A stretch of 64,000 nt of DNA from Alphaproteobacteria bacterium (GTDB lineage Bacteria; Pseudomonadota; Alphaproteobacteria; CAAGCB01; CAG-977), in NCBI GenBank assembly GCA_024413465.1, contig JAKSVU010000001.1:21949-85948 (forward strand). Direction: 5' to 3'. Positions 1 to 8,992 of this stretch are shown in pieces (within the stretch, counting starts at the first letter, position 1; the number at the start of each line of letters is the position of its first letter). The translations under genes and the position numbers were made by a program. The notes under the pieces are model-generated. The model worked only from the letters and a program-made list of their open reading frames with translations, was not told the DNA's origin and did no database searches.

Positions 1-456
1 TTTTGCTCCGATCATCTTTATTGGTAAGTTTCCATTTTTGGAAGAAAAACGCGAATCGTTTCTTTTTGTTAATGGATCAATTATTCTATTCATTGGACGT
101 TTCGATAAACTTTGATCTCCCATAAAATTTGCTGTGATGTCAAATTGAGAAAGGGCTCCAAATAACAATCTTGTTGATGTTCCTGAATTCCCCATATAGA
201 GATCTGTAGATGGGGAATGGATAGATGTTCCCCCTTTAACAATAATTGTTCCATCGAATTTTTTTTCAATTTCAATTCCGATTTTTTTTAAGGCAGTTGC
301 TGTACAGATTATATCTTCAGATTCTAAAAGATTTTTAATCGTAGATATGCCCTTTGCAAAAGAACTTATAATTAAAGCTCTATGTGAGATAGACTTATCA
401 CTTGGTATAGATAAAGTTCCATTTAGTCCATTAGAATGTTTTGAAATTTTTTTCAT
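1..456 (-). CDS. aroA: 3-phosphoshikimate 1-carboxyvinyltransferase (EPSP synthase), N-terminal part; the gene continues beyond the window start
   Basis: Manual minus-strand translation from the ATG at 456 gives MKKISKHSNGLNGTLSIPSDKSISHRALIISSFAKG...LYMGNSGTSTRLL...SLSKRPMNRIIDPL, which are canonical AroA N-terminal motifs. It is absent from the ORF track because it has no in-window stop. Confidence 0.85.
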   Translation of the reverse strand, partial: MKKISKHSNGLNGTLSIPSDKSISHRALIISSFAKGISTIKNLLESEDIICTATALKKIGIEIEKKFDGTIIVKGGTSIHSPSTDLYMGNSGTSTRLLFGALSQFDITANFMGDQSLSKRPMNRIIDPLTKRNDSRFSSKNGNLPIKMIGAK

Positions 457-542
457 AACTTTGACTCTTTTTTTATTTGACAAACCGGAGCTTAACATAT
501 CATATCATAAAATAAACAAATTTTATTCTAAGGAGATAAAAC

Positions 543-893
543 ATGAAAAAAGCAGAATGGGGAACAAAAAGAATTTGCTTAAATTGTGAAAAGCCCTTTT
601 ACGATTTATTGCAAAATCCAGAATTAAATGATGAAATAAAATGTCCAGAATGTGGAAAATCTTGGAAATTAGAAGATTTTTTACTTTTGCAAGCAGCAAA
701 TTTAGAAAAATCTAAACGTGGTGTTCGTAAAGTTAAAGAAGATTTGGATGATTTTGTTGATGAAGATGATAGTTTAATCGATCCATCAACAGATAATTCA
801 TTAATGGAGGATACTTCCGATTTAGGAGATGATAATCTCGATATGGCTGAAGTTACGGATAATGCTTCTACTGTTGAAAAAGGGGATGAATAA
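543..893 (+). CDS. FYDLN_acid family (TIGR02300-like) zinc-ribbon protein with an acidic C-terminal tail
   Basis: AAGGAG RBS lies upstream. The CxxC...FYDL...CPxC motif is followed by a D/E-rich tail. This is a conserved hypothetical protein family of alphaproteobacteria. Confidence 0.6.
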   Translation: MKKAEWGTKRICLNCEKPFYDLLQNPELNDEIKCPECGKSWKLEDFLLLQAANLEKSKRGVRKVKEDLDDFVDEDDSLIDPSTDNSLMEDTSDLGDDNLDMAEVTDNASTVEKGDE

Positions 894-1562
894 TTGAAAA
901 GAAGTCTAATACTTCTTTTGGTATTATTAGCTCAAACTCATTTTGCTTTAGCAGAATGCGATTGGGCAGTGGATGCGGAGAAATCCGGAAAAATAGATGT
1001 AGCTCTAATGCAATATTTGTACTGTGCTGAAGACGAAAATGATGTTGATGCACAATATTCTTTAGGGACATTGTTCTATAAAGGTTTAGGCATTTCTGCT
1101 CCTGACTACAAAAAGGCAGCTTTGTTTTATTCTAAAGCAGCAAAGCAAGGGTATGCCCCAGCTCAAGTAAAATTAGGTTTGTTATTTTGGCGAGGAGAGG
1201 GCGTTCAAAAAGATCTCAGAGAAGCTTATAAATGGCTTTATTTAGCTCAAGAAGATAGTGAACTTAGGTGGTTTTATCCTGTTGGAGTAAGTCAATCTCC
1301 AGATGCGGAACAGATTTTTCATAAGATTGATAAATTTTTTGAAAATAAAGATCAAGATTTGATGGAGAATATATCAAGTTTTCAGTATGAGAATTTAAGA
1401 AAAAAAGCCGGAGATTATCTTACAGCTGATGAGATGAATCAGTTGGAAAATTATTTTAAAAGGTTGTCAGGTGCAATTCTTACCCACAAAAATTTTAATT
1501 ATGATCAAGAAAAAATATTAAAAAAATTAAGAAAAATTGTAGATAAAGGTTCAAAAATTTGA
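894..1562 (+). CDS. Secreted Sel1/TPR-like repeat protein
   Basis: TTG start overlaps the preceding stop. An N-terminal signal peptide (LILLLVLLAQTHFALA) is followed by Sel1-type repeats (AQYSLGTLFYKGLGI..., AQVKLGLLFWRGEGV...). Confidence 0.6.
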   Translation: MKRSLILLLVLLAQTHFALAECDWAVDAEKSGKIDVALMQYLYCAEDENDVDAQYSLGTLFYKGLGISAPDYKKAALFYSKAAKQGYAPAQVKLGLLFWRGEGVQKDLREAYKWLYLAQEDSELRWFYPVGVSQSPDAEQIFHKIDKFFENKDQDLMENISSFQYENLRKKAGDYLTADEMNQLENYFKRLSGAILTHKNFNYDQEKILKKLRKIVDKGSKI

Positions 1563-2899
1563 AAAAAGTTTATGTAAAGACTTTTGGTTGCCAGATGAAT
1601 GTTTACGATTCTGTGCGAATGTTGGATTTACTTAAGAATCTTGGATATGAAGAAACATTGATATTGGATGATGCTGATATGGTCATTTTTAATACTTGCC
1701 ATATTAGGGAAAAAGCATCAGAAAAAATTTTTTCAGAGTTAGGTAAATATAAAGAGCTTAAATTAGATCGCAAAAAACAAAACAAGTCTTTTGTAATTAT
1801 AGTTGCAGGATGTGTTGTTCAAGCTGAAAGCGAAGAATTTTTGAATAGAGCAAAATTTGTTGATATTGCAATAGGTCCTCAGTCATATCACCGTTTGCCA
1901 CAAATGTTATTTGAACTTCAGAAAAAAAATAAAAAAAGAATAATAGATGTTGAATTCCCAGCGGTTCCAAAATTTGACTCTTTGCCAGAAACAAAATCAA
2001 GAGGAGTTTCTTCTTTTTTGGCAATTCAAGAAGGTTGTGATCGTTTCTGTTCGTATTGTGTTGTTCCATATACTCGAGGTGCTGAGTATTCGAGACTTCG
2101 TGATGATATTATGAGAGAAGCTTATCAACTAGCAGAGTCTGGAACAAAAGAACTTGTTTTATTAGGGCAAAATGTGAATACTTGGTGTGAAAAAGATGCA
2201 TCAGGAAAAATTAAAAAGAATTTGGCAGATTTAATAGAAGATTTATCTCAGATAGATGAAATAAAAAGGATTCGTTATGTAACATCATATCCGTCTGATT
2301 TCTCTGTTGATTTAATGAATATGCACAAAAATAACAAGAAGGTAATGCCGTATTTGCATCTACCTATTCAGTCTGGATCTGATGCTATATTGAAAGCTAT
2401 GAATAGAAAATATACGGTATCACAATATGAAGATATTATCTTAAATTTGAGAGAAAAATGTCCAGATATAGCTTTATCATCGGATTTTATTGTTGGCTTT
2501 CCTGGTGAAACAGAGACAGATTTTGATAAAACACTTTCTCTTGTAAAGAGGGTAGAATATGCTCAGTCATATTCATTTATGTATAGTCCTCGTCCAGGAA
2601 CCCCTGCGGCAGTTTTAGCTAATCAAATTCCAGAAAAAATAAAAGGAGAAAGGTTGGAAATTTTACAGAAACTCCTTTTAGAGCAGCATTCGAATTTTAA
2701 CAAAAAGTTTGTAGGTCAGTGTGTTGAAGTTTTAGTTGAAGAAAAAGCCAAGAAAAAGTCAGAATTACTTGGACATAGTCCACATATGCAAAATGTTGTT
2801 GTTTCTGCAGATCCTAAATATATTGGGAGTTTTATTTCGGTGAAAATTGTTTCAGCTGGCGCCACAACTTTAGTTGGAAAATTGGAAAATAATTTTTAG
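1559..2899 (+). CDS. miaB: tRNA-i6A37 methylthiotransferase (radical SAM)
   Basis: N-terminus is MKKVYVKTFGCQMN. The radical SAM CxxxCxxC motif (CDRFCSYC) and a TRAM-like C-terminus are present. TTG start overlaps the upstream stop. Confidence 0.9.
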   Translation: MKKVYVKTFGCQMNVYDSVRMLDLLKNLGYEETLILDDADMVIFNTCHIREKASEKIFSELGKYKELKLDRKKQNKSFVIIVAGCVVQAESEEFLNRAKFVDIAIGPQSYHRLPQMLFELQKKNKKRIIDVEFPAVPKFDSLPETKSRGVSSFLAIQEGCDRFCSYCVVPYTRGAEYSRLRDDIMREAYQLAESGTKELVLLGQNVNTWCEKDASGKIKKNLADLIEDLSQIDEIKRIRYVTSYPSDFSVDLMNMHKNNKKVMPYLHLPIQSGSDAILKAMNRKYTVSQYEDIILNLREKCPDIALSSDFIVGFPGETETDFDKTLSLVKRVEYAQSYSFMYSPRPGTPAAVLANQIPEKIKGERLEILQKLLLEQHSNFNKKFVGQCVEVLVEEKAKKKSELLGHSPHMQNVVVSADPKYIGSFISVKIVSAGATTLVGKLENNF

Positions 2900-2964
2900 A
2901 AGTTCTTGAAAATAATTAAAAAAAATACCATACTCGAACTAGGGTGTGTGTAGAATAAAGGATT

Positions 2965-3960
2965 TTGGAAGTGTCAGAAGCTGAAGAAAAATATTCAATG
3001 GAATTTGATGATAATTTTTCATTACAAGTTGCTTTTGGAGCTTGTAACGATAATCTGAAGATTATTGAAAATCGGTTAGATGTCTTTTTTAAGACAAGGG
3101 GAAATCAAGTCCAAATTATAGGAAAATCACAGATTGTAAAACAAGCCTCAACAATTCTGAACACTTTGTATGATATTGCAAAGAAAAAAGGCAATGTCGA
3201 TGAAGCTGATATCAAAAATGTTTTTAGTAAAGTTGTGGGAGTAAAGAACATGGAACAAGAAAATAAGTCAGATGATTTCTCAATAAAAACTAGGAAAAAA
3301 CATATTCAACCCCGCTCTCAAACGCAAATAGATTACGTCAAGGCGATGGATAAAGATAATATGGTCTTTGGTTTAGGACCAGCAGGGACAGGAAAGACGT
3401 TTTTAGCAGTTGCTAAAGCTGTCGAATTGATGGAAAAGGGTGAAATTGATAAGATTATTTTATCAAGACCTGCTGTAGAAGCTGGAGAAAATTTAGGTTT
3501 TTTACCAGGTGATTTAAAAGAAAAAATTGATCCGTATTTGCGTCCACTATATGATTCATTGTATGAAATGCTCCCTCAGGATGTTGTGGATAAAAAAATA
3601 GAAATAGGAGAAATTGAGGTTGCTCCGCTTGCATTTATGCGTGGAAGAACATTGACCAATGCAATGATTATTTTAGATGAAGCTCAAAATACGACAGCTA
3701 TGCAGATGAAGATGTTTTTGACAAGATTAGGAGAAAAGTCAAAGATGGTTATTAACGGTGATTTATCTCAAACGGACTTGCCAAAAGGTGTTCAATCTGG
3801 ATTAGGTGATGCCTTAGATGTTTTAAGAAATATAGATGGTATTTCGTTTATAAAATTTAGCGAAAAAGATGTTGTTCGTAATAGATTAGTTTCTCAAATT
3901 GTAAAAGCTTATGATAAAAGGTATGAGACTCGTAAGGGGATTATAGGTAATGACTATTAA
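2965..3960 (+). CDS. phoH: PhoH-like ATPase (YbeZ)
   Basis: Walker A motif GPAGTGKTFLAVAKAV and a PhoH family C-terminal region are present. The phoH-ybeY synteny is conserved. The exact start is uncertain (TTG at 2965 or GTG at 2971). Confidence 0.85.
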   Translation: MEVSEAEEKYSMEFDDNFSLQVAFGACNDNLKIIENRLDVFFKTRGNQVQIIGKSQIVKQASTILNTLYDIAKKKGNVDEADIKNVFSKVVGVKNMEQENKSDDFSIKTRKKHIQPRSQTQIDYVKAMDKDNMVFGLGPAGTGKTFLAVAKAVELMEKGEIDKIILSRPAVEAGENLGFLPGDLKEKIDPYLRPLYDSLYEMLPQDVVDKKIEIGEIEVAPLAFMRGRTLTNAMIILDEAQNTTAMQMKMFLTRLGEKSKMVINGDLSQTDLPKGVQSGLGDALDVLRNIDGISFIKFSEKDVVRNRLVSQIVKAYDKRYETRKGIIGNDY

Positions 3961-4441
3961 GGTTGCCATAAAGGTTCGAGAAAAGAAATGGCAGACTGAT
4001 ATCGAAAAAGTTCGTTCAATTGTTAGAAAAGCAGCATCGCAAGCTTGGAAGCTGGGTAATGTTGGAGAATTAGAGATACCTGTTGATGATGTCGAGATTA
4101 GCGTCCTATTGACGGATAATGAAGAGGTTCATGTATTGAATCGAGATTATAGGGGAGTTGATAAAACAACGAATGTTTTGTCATTTGCTTCGTTAGATGA
4201 TGAATTTGAAATTATTGATTCACCACTTCTTTTAGGAGACATTATTGTAGCTTATGGAAAAACAAAAGAGGAAGCTGTAGAAGAAAATATATCATTACAG
4301 GATCATTTGTTTCATTTGATAGTACATGGTGTGCTTCATTTAATCGGATATGATCATATTGAAGATGCAGAAGCTGAGGAAATGGAAAATAAAGAGATTG
4401 AAATTTTGAATAAAAATGGGATTTCAAATCCATATGCTTGA
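3950..4441 (+). CDS. ybeY: rRNA maturation endoribonuclease YbeY
   Basis: The HGVLHLIGYDH zinc-binding motif is present and the length is typical. Confidence 0.9.
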   Translation: MTIKVAIKVREKKWQTDIEKVRSIVRKAASQAWKLGNVGELEIPVDDVEISVLLTDNEEVHVLNRDYRGVDKTTNVLSFASLDDEFEIIDSPLLLGDIIVAYGKTKEEAVEENISLQDHLFHLIVHGVLHLIGYDHIEDAEAEEMENKEIEILNKNGISNPYA

Positions 4442-5954
4442 ATTTGTAAAAAGATATTCAAAAACGATTTCATTCTTATTAGGTAGTATTACTGTTTTAG
4501 GTTTACCTCCGTATCATTGCATCATTTGTTCTGTATTTGGAATAGCAGCTTTTTTTTATTTGATTAATGGTAATTTTAATCGAAAGTCTATTTTTTTTAT
4601 TTCTTGGTCCTTTGGTATAGGATTTTTTGGATTCGGATTATCTTGGATTTCAGAGGCATTTTTTACAGAAGGGATGAATATTGAATATCTATCTCCACTT
4701 CCACCTGTTGGTTTGGGTGTTTTTTTGGGGCTATATATTTGTATTCCAGCTTGTTTATCTCTTTTTTTTGTCCCAGGTCTATCTAGATTAGTGGCTTTTT
4801 CAGCTTTTTGGTGCATAACAGAAATTTTAAGAGGTGTTTTATTTACAGGTTTCCCATGGAATCCAATAGGAAGTGTTCTTGCTAAATGGCCTGTACTTAT
4901 CCAGACTGCATCTGTTTGGGGAGTGTATGGTGTAGGTTTCTTTTTTATAATGTTTTCATCTTCTTTTGGATTATTAAAATTAAAAGGCACATATAGAGAA
5001 AAAAAATTTTTAGTAATACCAATATCAATTTTATTATTTTTTGTGATTTTTGGGTGGAATAGGTTAAAAAAAGTGGATAGTACACTTCAAATTAATGGGA
5101 TTATAGTTCGATTAGTTCAAGCCAATATAAAACAGGGGGTAAAGTGGGATAAAGGACACGCGGAGCGTGTTCTGATGGATTATATTCATTTAAGCAGATC
5201 ATCTGGAGCTGAAAAAATAACACATGTTTTGTGGCCAGAAACTGCGACGCAATTTATTTTAGATCAAGATAATTTTGCTCATTCAATGATTTTATCTGCG
5301 CTGTTGCCAAGCTCCATTTTATTGGCAGGGTCTTTGAGAACGGAACGAGATGAAAATGGAAAATTAAAATTATTTAATAGTGTTGTAGCTGTAAATGATG
5401 TAGGTGTTAATCTAGGATATTATGATAAAAATCATTTGGTTCCCTTTGGAGAATATGTTCCATTATCTAAAGTTTTTCCATTTATTCGTCGTCTTGTACC
5501 TGGAAGTATAGATTTTTCAAGGGGGAGTGGTATCAAAACAACAAATATTCCAAGAACATTGCCCGTTGGAATTTTAGTATGTTATGAAATTATTTTTCCA
5601 GGAAACGTTGTTGATAAAAGAGAACGTCCTTATTGGATTATGAATGCAACTAATGATGCATGGTATGGAATGAGTGCTGGACCGTATCAACATTTTGTTT
5701 CTGCTCAATTTAGATCTGTAGAAGAAGGCATACCTGTTGTAAGAGTGGCAAATTCTGGGATTAGTGGAATTATTGATGCTTATGGTCAAGTGGTAAAAAA
5801 AACAAATTTGGGTGAAAAAGCAGTTTTGGATTCTGGAATTCCTTATAGGACTAAGAAAGCTACAATTTACGGTTTATATGGTAACAAGATTCCTCTTTGT
5901 ATGTTTTTTATATCAATTTTATGCTTGTTGGTGACTCAATGGAGAAGAAAATGA
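4416..5954 (+). CDS. lnt: Apolipoprotein N-acyltransferase
   Basis: A polytopic N-terminal membrane domain is followed by a C-terminal CN-hydrolase domain (VCYEIIFP, ANSGISGIID). The true start is probably an internal Met near 4437. Confidence 0.8.
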   Translation: MGFQIHMLEFVKRYSKTISFLLGSITVLGLPPYHCIICSVFGIAAFFYLINGNFNRKSIFFISWSFGIGFFGFGLSWISEAFFTEGMNIEYLSPLPPVGLGVFLGLYICIPACLSLFFVPGLSRLVAFSAFWCITEILRGVLFTGFPWNPIGSVLAKWPVLIQTASVWGVYGVGFFFIMFSSSFGLLKLKGTYREKKFLVIPISILLFFVIFGWNRLKKVDSTLQINGIIVRLVQANIKQGVKWDKGHAERVLMDYIHLSRSSGAEKITHVLWPETATQFILDQDNFAHSMILSALLPSSILLAGSLRTERDENGKLKLFNSVVAVNDVGVNLGYYDKNHLVPFGEYVPLSKVFPFIRRLVPGSIDFSRGSGIKTTNIPRTLPVGILVCYEIIFPGNVVDKRERPYWIMNATNDAWYGMSAGPYQHFVSAQFRSVEEGIPVVRVANSGISGIIDAYGQVVKKTNLGEKAVLDSGIPYRTKKATIYGLYGNKIPLCMFFISILCLLVTQWRRK

Positions 5955-6088
5955 GAAAGTTATTTTTAATGTTGTTGATTTTTGCATTGAGTGGATGCTT
6001 TAGTGTTTATGAAATGGAAACATACAAATCAAGTGATACTTACCAAGATGTGTTTAGAGGAACTTATTCTCCAAAGGACGTGAATTAA
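5951..6088 (+). CDS. Small putative lipoprotein (about 45 aa)
   Basis: GGAG RBS precedes the ATG at 5951, which overlaps the lnt stop. The sequence MRKLFLMLLIFALSGCFS carries a lipobox (LSGC). No homology could be assessed. Confidence 0.35.
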   Translation: MRKLFLMLLIFALSGCFSVYEMETYKSSDTYQDVFRGTYSPKDVN

Positions 6089-6091
6089 TTA

Positions 6092-7879
6092 CTAAAAACG
6101 CATTCCATTTTCAAAATTTTTTAAAGCATTTTCAATTTCATTTGATGATCTAAGAGTTAAGACGTAATTTGCAAAATTGCTCATATCTGCCATTGAAAGA
6201 GAACGAATTTTTTCTTTTATCATTGGAATATTGATTGCAGGCATCGATAAAGCGCGAATACCTAATCCGATGAGTAAAGGTGAATATTTATGGTTCGAAG
6301 CCATATCTCCGCAAATACATATTGGTATATTTTTTTTATTTGCAGCATCAATTGTTATTTTTATCAATTTTAAAACAGCAGGCGAGAGGGGATTATATAA
6401 ATACTCAACGAATGAATCTGTTCTATCTACGGCCAATGTATATTGAATTAAATCATTTGTTCCAATTGAAAAAAAATCAGCATGTTCTGCTAAAATTTCA
6501 GCTTCTAATGCTGCAGATGGAATTTCTATCATGGCTCCCATCTTGGGAAGATTTTGTATATTCAATTTACCCTGTTGAAACAGTCTATTTGCAGTTTCTT
6601 CAAACAGATTTTTTGCGAAAATAAATTCATCTGTACAAGAAATCATCGGAATCATAACTCGAATATCTACTGAATTTGAAGCAAGTAGAACAGCTTCAAA
6701 TTGGTCTTTTAATAACTGCTTATAATTTTTAGCATATCGAATACCTCTTAATCCTAAAGCAGGATTAACAGCTTGGTAATTTCCTAAAGTAGGGGCATAC
6801 TTATCAGCTCCAACGTCAAGTGTTCTAAAGGTGATTGGGCCAGATACTTTTTTCCCAATTTCAAGAATAGAATTTAATTGTTCTTCTATAGATGGTGTGT
6901 CATTCCTGTTTATATACATATATTCGCTTCTAAATAAACCAATACCATCAGCTCCAGTTTGATTTAAAAAATCAGCTTCTTCTATAATATCTATATTACC
7001 ATTTAAACTGATATAAACATTATCAGTTGTTGAAGAGGGATAGTCGCGTAATCTTGATAAAGATCTTTTCCAATGAAGAAAGTCTGATCTATATTTTCGG
7101 TATAGAGCAAGAGTTTCATTAGTAGGATTTAAAATGATTTTTCCGTAGGTACCATCAATGATTACAACGTCATCTGTGTTTGCCTGATTTAATAAATCAG
7201 GTGTATTTACAATTGCTGGAATACCAATAGATTTTGAAAGTAAGGCAATGTGTCCCTGTTTTGAACCATTTATTGTGATTATTCCAGAGATGTTTTTGGC
7301 ATTTAATAAAGAAGTATCTGTAACGCTTAAATTTTTTGAAATAACAATAGCATCTTCAGGTAAAACGGAAAAATCATCATCAATATTTGTTTGTAAATTT
7401 TTTAAAATTCTAGATGCAATATTTTTAATATCCTCAATTCTTGCTGAAATATACAAATCGTCCATAGCTTCAAAAACTTCAGATAAAGAAGATACTTCAT
7501 CTGAAATTGCAGCTTCAGCATTAATTAAATTATTTTCAATGCGAGAACACACGCCTCTCATTAATCGAGAACCTTTCAACATATGTTGATAAGCATCAAG
7601 AACAGAGCTAAGAGGATTGTTTTTATCTAAAGTTTTCTGAGCTTTTTTCATCAAAGCATTTATTTGATCTGTAGTATCTTGAACCGCAGCTAAAAATCTC
7701 TTTTTTTCAGTTGGAATATCTGAAGGAATAATATGCTTATATGAAATATTTTTTAAAGACTTATCATAAATAAAAACATGACCAATAGAAATACCTGGGG
7801 AAGCAGCTTCACCTTCAAAAGAAGTTTCTTTTTTATCTAAAGACTCTTTTATACTTCTAATCTTCGTAAAATTTAGCAT
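6092..7879 (-). CDS. ptsI: Phosphoenolpyruvate-protein phosphotransferase (PTS enzyme I), 595 aa, with no GAF domain
   Basis: PEP-utilising enzyme motifs are present (GSKQGHIALLSKSIGIPAIV, GIGLFRSEYMY, SIGTNDLIQY). It overlaps the NPr gene by 23 nt, which indicates translational coupling. Confidence 0.85.
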   Translation of the reverse strand: MLNFTKIRSIKESLDKKETSFEGEAASPGISIGHVFIYDKSLKNISYKHIIPSDIPTEKKRFLAAVQDTTDQINALMKKAQKTLDKNNPLSSVLDAYQHMLKGSRLMRGVCSRIENNLINAEAAISDEVSSLSEVFEAMDDLYISARIEDIKNIASRILKNLQTNIDDDFSVLPEDAIVISKNLSVTDTSLLNAKNISGIITINGSKQGHIALLSKSIGIPAIVNTPDLLNQANTDDVVIIDGTYGKIILNPTNETLALYRKYRSDFLHWKRSLSRLRDYPSSTTDNVYISLNGNIDIIEEADFLNQTGADGIGLFRSEYMYINRNDTPSIEEQLNSILEIGKKVSGPITFRTLDVGADKYAPTLGNYQAVNPALGLRGIRYAKNYKQLLKDQFEAVLLASNSVDIRVMIPMISCTDEFIFAKNLFEETANRLFQQGKLNIQNLPKMGAMIEIPSAALEAEILAEHADFFSIGTNDLIQYTLAVDRTDSFVEYLYNPLSPAVLKLIKITIDAANKKNIPICICGDMASNHKYSPLLIGLGIRALSMPAINIPMIKEKIRSLSMADMSNFANYVLTLRSSNEIENALKNFENGMRF

Positions 7880-8123
7880 CTATTAATTCTTCTAACAAGG
7901 ATAAAATTTTATTGGCATTCGGAGAGATACATTCCACCTTGATTTTGGAATTACAGGGGGCTCCAAGCATCATTAATCCCATAATCGAATGTCCTGAAAC
8001 AGACAAGTCACCTTTTGAAACGATTACATCTTCATCGGAAAAATCTTCAATTGTTTCTACAAATTTTGCAGCAGCTCGAGCATGTAGACCTTTACTATTC
8101 TTTATGGTGAATATCTTATTCAT
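7857..8123 (-). CDS. ptsH: HPr/NPr phosphocarrier protein
   Basis: The SKGLHARAAAKFV histidine site motif and the GHSIMGLMMLGA region are present. Length is 88 aa. Confidence 0.85.
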   Translation of the reverse strand: MNKIFTIKNSKGLHARAAAKFVETIEDFSDEDVIVSKGDLSVSGHSIMGLMMLGAPCNSKIKVECISPNANKILSLLEELIDAKFYED

Positions 8124-8124
8124 A

Positions 8125-8526
8125 TTATTCTTTTCTCAACAGTTTAGATGCTACGTTGATATATTTTTTACCAGCTTCTTGAGCTTCAGTGACAACTTCT
8201 GATAAAGATTGATTTTTTCTGATTTGAGCTAATTTTATCAACATAGGAATATTTACACCTGCAATCACTTCTATATTCGGATTTTCCATAAAAGAAATTG
8301 CTAAATTTGAAGGGGTGCCACCAAACATATCCGTTAAAACAATTACGCCACTTCCATGATTTACAAGATCAATTTTATTTTGTATTTCTAATCTTTTTTC
8401 GCTAATGTCATCATCTACTTGGATTTCAACAGTTTCAACATATTCTTGAATACCAACAATGTGCTCCATTGTTTTTTTCATTTCAGAAGCTAAAAAATCG
8501 TGAGCAATAATTACCAAACCTATCAT
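8125..8526 (-). CDS. PTS EIIA component, mannose family (PtsM/ManX-like)
   Basis: MIGLVIIAHDFLASE is a typical EIIA-Man N-terminus and the length is 133 aa. Its position between hprK and the HPr gene matches the alphaproteobacterial arrangement. Confidence 0.8.
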   Translation of the reverse strand: MIGLVIIAHDFLASEMKKTMEHIVGIQEYVETVEIQVDDDISEKRLEIQNKIDLVNHGSGVIVLTDMFGGTPSNLAISFMENPNIEVIAGVNIPMLIKLAQIRKNQSLSEVVTEAQEAGKKYINVASKLLRKE

Positions 8527-8581
8527 TTTGAAAATCCTTGTAACTCTATAGATGCCTATGCGTAATTATAGCTAGTTAATT

Positions 8582-8989
8582 TTAAAAAATCAATTTCCTT
8601 TCTGAAGATATAATTTCTAACAATAATTTTATTTTTTCTACTGCAGATATATCAAAAGGATAGAAATCAACTTCTTCATTTGTTTGTTCTTGGTTAGGAA
8701 AACGTTTTATGTCTTTGTGAGAGCTACATAAGTTTAATTTTAATGAAATTTTTGTTCTTTTTTTTGATTTAAATTTTAAAATGCCAACTCCTCTTACTTC
8801 TAATAAACCTTCTAATTTTTTTGGACAAGATGCGATGTTGTTTTTATCTACATTTACAATATCATCTGCAATCAAAATAGCTCCAGACATAATTAACCGT
8901 AAGGACAAATCAGATTTTCCAGATCCTGATGGTCCTGAAATTAAAATACCATTTCCATTATATTCTACACAAGAAGCATGAATTAGCAT
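8582..8989 (-). CDS. hprK: HPr kinase/phosphorylase, truncated alphaproteobacterial form (C-terminal domain only)
   Basis: The P-loop GPSGSGKSDLSLRL and the LEVRGVGIL motif are present. At 135 aa it matches the short HprK found downstream of chvG/bvrS. Confidence 0.75.
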   Translation of the reverse strand: MLIHASCVEYNGNGILISGPSGSGKSDLSLRLIMSGAILIADDIVNVDKNNIASCPKKLEGLLEVRGVGILKFKSKKRTKISLKLNLCSSHKDIKRFPNQEQTNEEVDFYPFDISAVEKIKLLLEIISSERKLIF

Positions 8990-8992
8990 GAA

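Noticed and set aside
90-589. ORFs 90-275 (-) and 347-589 (+) from the track
   Set aside because: Manual translation of the minus strand from 456 gives a clean AroA N-terminus covering this region in a different frame. The two track ORFs are frame artefacts and a promoter-region ORF.
6177-7589. Three + strand ORFs (89, 114 and 113 aa) inside ptsI
   Set aside because: They are antisense to a gene with clear enzyme I motifs and show no RBS or domain signatures.
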